Below are positions 19,084 to 25,153 of a stretch of 48,821 nt of DNA, one piece after another. The notes beneath the pieces are model-generated. The model ran no database searches. It was not told the origin of the DNA and saw only the letters and a list, made by a program, of their open reading frames with translations. The stretch covers positions 1 through 48,821 of the forward strand of contig CACBWF010000002.1 in NCBI GenBank assembly GCA_902542925.1. The letters are read 5' to 3'. The translations under genes and the position numbers were made by a program. This DNA comes from an uncultured Alphaproteobacteria bacterium. Its GTDB lineage: Bacteria; Pseudomonadota; Alphaproteobacteria; Methylaequorales; Methylaequoraceae. Position 1 is the first letter of the stretch; each line of letters starts with the position of its first letter.

Positions 19084-20910
19084 ATGTGCGGTATTTTTGG
19101 TATTGTAGGAGAAGATTCGATTGTAGAAAAGATCTTGGGTTCTTTGACTCGCTTGGAATACAGAGGCTATGATTCATCAGGAATTGCAATAAGTGATAGT
19201 GAAAAAAAGAAAATATTGTGTTTTCGAGCAGAAGGTAAACTTGAAAAACTTAAAAAGATTCTTAAAAATAAAAAAATTAATGGTCAAATAGGTATAGGTC
19301 ATACCCGTTGGGCTACTCATGGAGTTCCATCAGAAAAAAATGCTCACCCGCACTATACTGATTCAGTTGCAATTGTTCATAATGGTATTATTGAAAATTA
19401 TATTAAGCTTAAAAAAGAATTATCAGATAAAGGTTGCAAATTTAAATCTCAAACAGATAGTGAAGTTATTGCCCATTTACTTACACAATTTTTGAATAAA
19501 GGTTTAAATCCCCATGAGGCAATTAAGGAAACACTTCCAAAGTTAGAAGGTGCATTTGCATTGGCAATTTTATTTAGAGACCACAAAAAGCTTATAGGAG
19601 CAAGAAAAGGCAGCCCTCTGGCACTTGGAATATCTAAAAAAACTTTTTTTTTAGGATCAGACTCTATAGCAATTGCTCCTCACACCCAAAATATTTGTTA
19701 TCTTGATGAGGGTGATTGGGTTGAAATTAATAAAAGTAGTTTTAAGATTTATGATTCAAGTAATAATGAAGTTGACAGAGAAATTCAACTTACCTCTTAT
19801 AATAATAAGAATTCAGGGAAAGGTAATTTCAACCACTTTATGCAAAAAGAAATTTTTGAACAACCATCAGTTCTTGGAGATTCTTTATCACGATTTATAA
19901 ATCCAACACAAAAAACAATACAAATTCCTAATCTAAAACTTAATTGGAATAAGATAAAATCTATAAAATTTGTTGCATGTGGGACATCTTATTATGCATG
20001 TTTAGTAGCAACATATTGGTTTCAAAAATATTCAAAAATCCCTGCAGAAGCTGAGCTTGCATCTGAGTTCAGATATAAATCACAAATTAAACTTACAAGC
20101 CAACTTTGTGTTTTTATTTCCCAATCTGGTGAAACAGCAGACACTCTTGCTGCCCTAAGGCACGCCAAAAACCATAAAATGAAAATTTTAAGTATTGTCA
20201 ATGTAGTAGAAAGTAGTATCGCACGAGAATCAAATTTTGTACTTCCAACTGCTGCAGGCCCTGAAATAGGTGTTGCTTCAACAAAAGCATTAACTGCTCA
20301 GTTATGTGTTTTGTCGTGTCTATGTATTTTTATTTCCAAAAAAAAAAAAATTATTAGTAAATCAAATGAAGAAAAATTGACAAAAAGTATTATTGAGATT
20401 CCGTCAAAAATTTCTGAAGTATTAAAAAAAAATAAAAAAATAGAAAAAGTTTCAAAAGATATCTCAGTTGCTAAAAGTTGCTTATTTATAGGAAGAGGGG
20501 TGTGTTATCCAATTGCTCTAGAAGGAGCACTAAAATTAAAAGAAATTTCATATATACATGCTGAAGGTTATGCATCTGGTGAGATGAAACATGGCCCAAT
20601 TGCATTAATTGATAAAAAGATGCCTGTAGTTGCAATATGTCCCAAAAATTTTATCTTTGAGAAAAACCTTTCAAATATACAAGAAATTTTAGCAAGAGGG
20701 GGTAAAGTTTATGTGATCACTGATAAGAAAGGAGAAACCTACTTCAAAGATTTAAAGATAAAGAAACTAGTAATTCCTGATGTTGAGGAATTCGTCTCAC
20801 CAATCTTGTATTGTGTTCCAGTACAATTGTTGGCTTATTATGCTGCAGTTTTAAAAGGTACTGATGTAGATCAACCAAGAAATTTAGCAAAATCAGTAAC
20901 CGTGGAATGA
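19084..20910 (+). CDS. glmS: Glutamine--fructose-6-phosphate aminotransferase
   Basis: MCGIFG N-terminus, two SIS domains (SQSGETADT) and the universal C-terminus ...NLAKSVTVE*. Contains an A13 tract at 20338-20350. Confidence 0.97.
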   Translation: MCGIFGIVGEDSIVEKILGSLTRLEYRGYDSSGIAISDSEKKKILCFRAEGKLEKLKKILKNKKINGQIGIGHTRWATHGVPSEKNAHPHYTDSVAIVHNGIIENYIKLKKELSDKGCKFKSQTDSEVIAHLLTQFLNKGLNPHEAIKETLPKLEGAFALAILFRDHKKLIGARKGSPLALGISKKTFFLGSDSIAIAPHTQNICYLDEGDWVEINKSSFKIYDSSNNEVDREIQLTSYNNKNSGKGNFNHFMQKEIFEQPSVLGDSLSRFINPTQKTIQIPNLKLNWNKIKSIKFVACGTSYYACLVATYWFQKYSKIPAEAELASEFRYKSQIKLTSQLCVFISQSGETADTLAALRHAKNHKMKILSIVNVVESSIARESNFVLPTAAGPEIGVASTKALTAQLCVLSCLCIFISKKKKIISKSNEEKLTKSIIEIPSKISEVLKKNKKIEKVSKDISVAKSCLFIGRGVCYPIALEGALKLKEISYIHAEGYASGEMKHGPIALIDKKMPVVAICPKNFIFEKNLSNIQEILARGGKVYVITDKKGETYFKDLKIKKLVIPDVEEFVSPILYCVPVQLLAYYAAVLKGTDVDQPRNLAKSVTVE

Positions 20911-20913
20911 TTT
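20891..20913. repeat. Direct repeat copy 1 (authentic glmS 3' terminus)
   Basis: AATCAGTAACCGTGGAATGATTT. It matches 23245-23268 at 14/16 in the core, and GATTT follows after a 1-nt indel. Confidence 0.6.
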
Positions 20914-21233
20914 CGTTTTGTATGTATAGTTTTAGAGATTATACAAACATAACCCTCAGAATTCACTATAAGATATCAAAAATAAGACTGAATTCTTATC
21001 CATACTCTCCATATCAAAAAATGTTGATCGATAAGATTATTTTTTTCAGAGAATGTGGTCATACTTATAAAATGATAAGTCAATATTTTAATCAAATTAA
21101 TCTATTGAGTTATAGAGGAAAAAATTTTTCTCCAAGTTTAGTGTTTGAGTTAATAAAGAAATATAATAGACATTTAGAAAAGAATAAAAGTAAGTTAGGT
21201 GAAATAATAAGGAGTGAGTTGGTTTATGAGTAG
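20907..21233 (+). CDS. Small DNA-binding-like protein (108 aa) with a serine-recombinase 'Recombinase'-domain-type HTH
   Basis: Its ATG overlaps the glmS TGA (ATGA). The segment IIFFRECGHTYKMISQYFNQINLLSYRGKNFSPSLVFELIKKY resembles the G-x-S/T...IA..LN..GI.T.RGK.WS...V..IL pattern of recombinase DNA-binding modules. Confidence 0.5.
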   Translation: MISFCMYSFRDYTNITLRIHYKISKIRLNSYPYSPYQKMLIDKIIFFRECGHTYKMISQYFNQINLLSYRGKNFSPSLVFELIKKYNRHLEKNKSKLGEIIRSELVYE

Positions 21234-21303
21234 TTTTACAAAAGTTATTTTAATCGATATTCTTATATTTGGAACATTGTGGATTTATTTTTGAGATTAG
21301 AAA

Positions 21304-22263
21304 ATGGAACCTGAGAAAGTTTTAGATTTAGGAAGTAAATATTCCAAAAAGGATCTATCAAGTCTGTTAGATCAACCAAACCTTTCTTTTGTTCGGGAAG
21401 GAATTTTTAATTGTAAAAATTCTAGTTCATCACTTTTCTTTGTTGACCTTGAAAAAAAAGATAAAGAAAAGAAATTTCATTTTAATGATTTTTTTGAAGG
21501 AGATTTTTTTCATTGGGACTCTCAAACAACACAAAATATCGATAGTCCTAAAATACAAGAAATTGTGAGTGGAAATGTTACACCACATTTATTTGTAAGA
21601 GTTAATCCAAAAATTAAAAATGTAACTCTACCTTTTGTTTATTGTGGGAAGTTGATTTATCATTCTCATGAAGAAAAAACATCCAATCCTGTCCACATAA
21701 TATTTCAAAGTGTTGACTATGATGATTTTACTGAAAACGATGACCTAATTGATATTTACCTATGGAACCCATTAAAAATAGGAATGAAAACCAGTTCAAA
21801 AATATCAATGAAAGGGATTATTTCAGATAAAAGAAAAAAAGAATATAAAAAACCTGATAAGACTGAAAGAAAAGGAATGGTTACTTCAAGAGTTGGTCAA
21901 GGTTATTATAGACAACAAATAATAGACAAATGGAATGGAATGTGTCCAATTACAGGAATAGATATTAAATCCATTTTAATTTCATCTCATATTGTCCGTT
22001 GGTCAGAATCAACAGATAAAGAGAGATTAGATCCTGAGAATGGAATATTATTATCACCGATTTTTGACTCCCTTTTTGATAGATATTTAATTTCTTTTAA
22101 AGATAATGGTGAACTTTTGATTTCAAAAAAATTAAACCAAAAAAATGTGATAAAGTTAGGTCTAAGAAAAGATATAAAAATAAATGTTTCAAAAGGAATG
22201 ATTAAATATTTAATAAGACATAGAAAAAAATTTAATGAAAAAAATGAAATTAAAAATAATTGA
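21304..22263 (+). CDS. DUF3427-like N-terminal domain fused to an HNH_2-type endonuclease (candidate restriction/defence nuclease)
   Basis: 319 aa. The C-terminus SRVGQGYYRQQIIDKWNGMCPITG...SSHIVRWSES...DPENGILLSPIFDSLFDRYLISF matches the HNH_2 (PF13391-type) pattern R.GQ..FR...CaitG...AaHI.P...NGl.L....H.lFD. The N-terminus (LFFVDLEK...FHFNDFF.GDFFHWDSQTTQ...HLFVRV...PFVYCGKL) resembles DUF3427 as I recall it. Confidence 0.8.
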   Translation: MEPEKVLDLGSKYSKKDLSSLLDQPNLSFVREGIFNCKNSSSSLFFVDLEKKDKEKKFHFNDFFEGDFFHWDSQTTQNIDSPKIQEIVSGNVTPHLFVRVNPKIKNVTLPFVYCGKLIYHSHEEKTSNPVHIIFQSVDYDDFTENDDLIDIYLWNPLKIGMKTSSKISMKGIISDKRKKEYKKPDKTERKGMVTSRVGQGYYRQQIIDKWNGMCPITGIDIKSILISSHIVRWSESTDKERLDPENGILLSPIFDSLFDRYLISFKDNGELLISKKLNQKNVIKLGLRKDIKINVSKGMIKYLIRHRKKFNEKNEIKNN

Positions 22264-22583
22264 AAAGTATAATGTGGGTATTTCTAAATAATTCTTTTTT
22301 ATCAATAGTTGAAAATAGAAATAATAAAGATGAGTTATTAGTTCGTTCAAGAATAAAAGGGGATATAGAAAAAGTTTTCCCAGACTCTGATGTGTTTGAA
22401 ATGGAAAATTCAGATTATAAGTATCGGTCTTATATAAAAAAAACTAATGTATCCAATAAACTTAAAAATATTGTAGAAGGTATTACTTATGATAATTTTA
22501 AAAATTCTATTCCCTCTGATCAATCAGAAAGACATCACTCGTACTTGAATGTTTGGACTGAATTAAGAAAGTTACAAAAATGA
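22260..22583 (+). CDS. Hypothetical protein (103-107 aa)
   Basis: TTG 22260 overlaps the nuclease TGA (TTGA); an alternative ATG is at 22272. The sequence ...FLSIVENRNNKDELLVRSRIKGDIEKVFPDSDVFE...DYKYRSYI...ITYDNFKNS... looks globular. No motif I can name. Confidence 0.55.
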   Translation: MKSIMWVFLNNSFLSIVENRNNKDELLVRSRIKGDIEKVFPDSDVFEMENSDYKYRSYIKKTNVSNKLKNIVEGITYDNFKNSIPSDQSERHHSYLNVWTELRKLQK

Positions 22584-22660
22584 AAAAATTTGATCAACCT
22601 ACAAACTTTGTAAACTTTTTGACTGTCGAGTAGATTTGAAAAGTGAAAAGACTATGATTC

Positions 22661-22999
22661 TTATTCTTTTTCTTTATCAAAGTCTAAAAAATAACAATAC
22701 ATATTTTCTATAAACTCATGATTACTTAAGATTTCAGTCTTATTTTTTTTAGTTTTAACTACTAATTCATATATTTTATTTTTATGAGAAAAAAAAATTA
22801 CTTTTTCATTCTCTATGTAAACTTTGTCACGATTATCTGTACTTAAATAACTATGAATAATTTTTCCGTTATTAAAGTATTCTGAACATTTTTTCATTGA
22901 TATTTCTTTACCAGAATAATATTTCGTCTGAAATTCTTCTTCAGAATTCACTTCAAAAAATATAAATATACAAACCAGTATGATTAATAATTTTTTCAT
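22661..22999 (-). CDS. Exported small protein (112 aa), paralogue of 26207-26638
   Basis: Signal peptide MKKLLIILVCIFIFFEVNS and SD GAGGGA 7 nt upstream. It shares K-x-C-x2-YF-x2-GK-x-I-x2-Y, FS...K.Y.L and C...DFDK blocks with the 26207 ORF. Confidence 0.6.
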   Translation of the reverse strand: MKKLLIILVCIFIFFEVNSEEEFQTKYYSGKEISMKKCSEYFNNGKIIHSYLSTDNRDKVYIENEKVIFFSHKNKIYELVVKTKKNKTEILSNHEFIENMYCYFLDFDKEKE

Positions 23000-23244
23000 T
23001 AGAAATCCCTCAATCTCATCTTACCAATCCATTTCATTTCGTAAAATTTATTTCTATAATTTTGTCTTTCAATCCTTTATATCTTTTTAATAAGAATGAA
23101 CTTTTGAATTAGTCCAAGTTGTATTTCTTTTTGTTTTTATTTTTTTGGAATTGAGATAAATCTTTTGTTAGGCTATTATATCTCCTAGAAATACTGAATT
23201 TTAAGTAAAGTTTAGAAACTTGGAGTTTTTCACCTTTCAAATAT

Positions 23245-23268
23245 AATCGGTCACCGTGGAGAAGATTT
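23245..23268. repeat. Direct repeat copy 2 (orphan, degenerate glmS 3' terminus)
   Basis: AATCGGTCACCGTGGAGAAGATTT. In the glmS-equivalent frame it reads TCG GTC ACC GTG GAG = SVTVE, with every difference at a third codon position. It is preceded by an in-frame TAA and is not part of any ORF. Confidence 0.6.
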
Positions 23269-23326
23269 AAAAGAAAGTTTATAACTTAAAAAGCGTCAAA
23301 TTGTTTAATAGATAAATTTAATGGCC

Positions 23327-23476
23327 CTAACAACAGTTATCTGAGTCACTACAACATCCGTCACTGCAACAAGTGCTACTGCATTTTCCAGTTTTACATC
23401 CTTCACTACAACAACCATCTACACAACAAGTATACTTACAACAATTTTCTTCAATATTTGTTTTTTTATCAACCAT
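23327..23476 (-). CDS. Cysteine-rich 49-aa peptide (metallothionein-like), not in the supplied ORF track
   Basis: Hand translation base by base: ATG at 23476 and TAG at 23327-23329. The peptide is MVDKKTNIEENCCKYTCCVDGCCSEGCKTGKCSSTCCSDGCCSDSDNCC, with 14 Cys out of 49, six CC doublets, no His/Trp/Phe and one Tyr. No clear SD. Confidence 0.55.
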   Translation of the reverse strand: MVDKKTNIEENCCKYTCCVDGCCSEGCKTGKCSSTCCSDGCCSDSDNCC

Positions 23477-23654
23477 AACTAGTATTCATATTTAGTAATA
23501 CATTTAAATTAACATGTAAATATTATATTTAAAAATAAAATCCTAAATTTTAAATCATGAATTAGACATTTTGATAACATTACATCCATTTCTTTTTTGA
23601 AATGAATTTAAAACTCTTGAATTTATTTTAACAAATTTATAACTATTAATTCAA

Positions 23655-23894
23655 ATGATCAAAAAATGTAAATATCTCTTAGTTTCATTTATATTTATTT
23701 TTTTATTTTTAAAAGATAAAGAATCTCTTAGTAAAAAAGTTGTTAATGTTTACGATAAAGTTTTTGAATGCAAGTTTCCAAAAAATTCATTTGAAAGAAT
23801 GAGAGGTGTAAGAACACGTATTTGTATTTTAGATGAAGAGGATAATAAAATAATTAATAAAATAAGAAAAAAGAAAAAAAATTTGAAAAGATAG
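23655..23894 (+). CDS. Small exported/membrane-anchored hypothetical protein (79 aa)
   Basis: N-terminal hydrophobic segment KYLLVSFIFIFLFL, two Cys and a Lys-rich tail. No motif recognised. Confidence 0.4.
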   Translation: MIKKCKYLLVSFIFIFLFLKDKESLSKKVVNVYDKVFECKFPKNSFERMRGVRTRICILDEEDNKIINKIRKKKKNLKR

Positions 23895-23952
23895 AATTTT
23901 TACTATTGTAAAAAAAATCATAGTTTTTAATAGTTATATTCTAGCTTAATGA

Positions 23953-24027
23953 AGGGGGGAGAAAATTTATCGTTTCTTTTTTAAGTATATTTCTATTAGA
24001 TGTAAATATAAATTAAGACTCCCCCCT
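23953..24027. repeat. Long imperfect inverted repeat / hairpin with a G6-C6 stem
   Basis: AGGGGGGAG (23953-23961) pairs perfectly with CTCCCCCCT (24019-24027). An inner 7-bp helix pairs AATTTAT (23964-23970) with ATAAATT (24008-24014). It lies between convergent ORFs and has no flanking T-run. Confidence 0.6.
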
Positions 24028-24097
24028 AATTATACTAAAAATAATTAATATAAAATTCAATCAGAAAATAATAAAAAATAAAAATAAATTTGTATTT

Positions 24098-24223
24098 CTA
24101 CTTTTTACTTTTGTTTTGAGATTTCTTTTTAAACAATTCTAATTTTTTTAAATAATCTTCTTCAGTAAGATCATGCCAACCAATACATTTACCAGTTGGA
24201 CTCCGACCACAACCACAATCCAT
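24098..24223 (-). CDS. 41-aa Cys-containing mini-protein (MDCGCGRSPTGKCIGWHDLTEEDYLKKLELFKKKSQNKSKK), not in the track
   Basis: ATG at 24223 and TAG at 24098-24100. SD-like AAAGGG lies ~8 nt upstream. The N-terminal C-x-C-x8-C knot is followed by an amphipathic Lys-rich helix. Confidence 0.45.
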   Translation of the reverse strand: MDCGCGRSPTGKCIGWHDLTEEDYLKKLELFKKKSQNKSKK

Positions 24224-24376
24224 AATTAACCCTTTCTAATAATCATCATAAGAAGTATAATACATAAGACGTGATTTGGAAAAGTAAATATATTATTAAG
24301 TCTTAAAAATTTTAAAATTTGGTTTTAAAATTATTCTTATTTACCTCTCACAAATATAAATTTAATTTAAATATCA

Positions 24377-24562
24377 ATGCCACTGAGAATAAGAAATAAA
24401 AAATGTTTTGAGTGTAAAAAAGTTTTAAAAATACTTTTTCGATGTAAGTATAAAAACCTAGAAAAATGGGTTTTTGTTTGTGAAGAATGTTTAAAAATAA
24501 TAAAAAATAGTTATCTGCAGACATACAAGTATGGAGGAACTTGGAAAAGTGAAAAAAATTAG
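24377..24562 (+). CDS. Zinc-ribbon mini-protein (61 aa)
   Basis: Two CxxC pairs (CFEC ... CEEC) and a C-terminal YKYGGTWK. It ends 7 nt before the SRAP ATG. Confidence 0.55.
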   Translation: MPLRIRNKKCFECKKVLKILFRCKYKNLEKWVFVCEECLKIIKNSYLQTYKYGGTWKSEKN

Positions 24563-24569
24563 AGATCTT

Positions 24570-25130
24570 ATGTGTGGAAGGTTTACATTGTATGATTTTT
24601 CAAAGTCAAAACTAAACATAAAAAGAAAAGTTATTCCTAATTATAACATTGTGCCTAACTCAAATGTTTTAGTTATAGATAGAAATAATAGAATTACTCA
24701 AGTTAAATGGGGTATTAGTGTAAGCTGGTCAAAAAAAATAAACATTATAAATGCAAGATCAGAGACATTAGATGAGAAAAAAATTTTTTCAAAAACACAA
24801 AGATGTATATTTTTAGCTAATGGTTATTTTGAATGGAAAAGAGATAAAGTAAAGACTCCTTATTATCACACATTTAGAAATAACATGTTGTACTTTGCCG
24901 GAATTAAAAATGGTGATGAAGCATGCATTGTTACCAGACAGAGTTATTCAAACACTAATATTATTCATGAAAGGCAACCAGTAATTTTAGATTATTTAGA
25001 TTTTGACAAATGGTTTTTAAAAAATCATAATTTTGAATGTTTGAATACTAAAAACTTATTAATTTTTAGAGTATCAACCGAAGTAAACAATCCAAGGAAT
25101 AACACTATTAATAATATCTTAAAGAAATAG
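24570..25130 (+). CDS. SOS-response-associated peptidase (SRAP / YedK-HMCES family)
   Basis: Start set at MCGRF (catalytic Cys2 requires Met1-Cys2); the track ORF extends upstream to 24531. Motifs NARSET, ANGYFEW and HERQPVIL. Confidence 0.88.
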   Translation: MCGRFTLYDFSKSKLNIKRKVIPNYNIVPNSNVLVIDRNNRITQVKWGISVSWSKKINIINARSETLDEKKIFSKTQRCIFLANGYFEWKRDKVKTPYYHTFRNNMLYFAGIKNGDEACIVTRQSYSNTNIIHERQPVILDYLDFDKWFLKNHNFECLNTKNLLIFRVSTEVNNPRNNTINNILKK

Positions 25131-25153
25131 CTATCCAAAAAAGTTATTGCTAA

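Larger units (their letters stand above)
20907..23268 (+). mobile_element. Putative integrated islet or remnant bounded by glmS-terminus direct repeats (no recombinase recognised)
   Basis: Bracketed by the two glmS-terminus copies. It carries a recombinase-type HTH ORF, a DUF3427-like/HNH nuclease, a small overlapping ORF and one exported protein on the opposite strand. Confidence 0.35.

Noticed and set aside
20911-21303. Tn7-like transposon at the attTn7 position downstream of glmS
   Set aside because: No TnsA/B/C/D-like genes are present. I saw no terminal TGT...ACA inverted repeats or arrays of 22-bp TnsB sites. An ORF starts on the glmS stop codon rather than about 25 bp downstream.
22999-23037. 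12-codon upstream ORF (MKWIGKMRLRDF) ending in a TAATG overlap with the 22999 ORF start
   Set aside because: It is too short to evaluate and contains the SD of the main ORF. It is probably fortuitous.
23327-23476. The Cys-rich peptide as a RiPP precursor (ranthipeptide/SCIFF/lanthipeptide-like)
   Set aside because: There is no radical-SAM/SPASM maturase, LanB/C/M, cyclodehydratase or ABC exporter/peptidase within the islet. There is also no leader/core architecture. A metallothionein-like reading fits better, though a maturase encoded elsewhere cannot be excluded.
23954-24045. GGGGGGAG read as a strong SD for a downstream peptide
   Set aside because: No ATG/GTG/TTG lies at a suitable distance. 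Only ATT- or TTA-initiated frames of about 27 codons are possible. The complementary CTCCCCCC downstream makes a hairpin the simpler explanation.
24531-24569. N-terminal extension of the SRAP ORF given in the track (start 24531)
   Set aside because: SRAP chemistry requires Cys at position 2 after Met removal. The internal ATG at 24570 gives MCGRF, and it removes the overlap with the upstream zinc-ribbon ORF.
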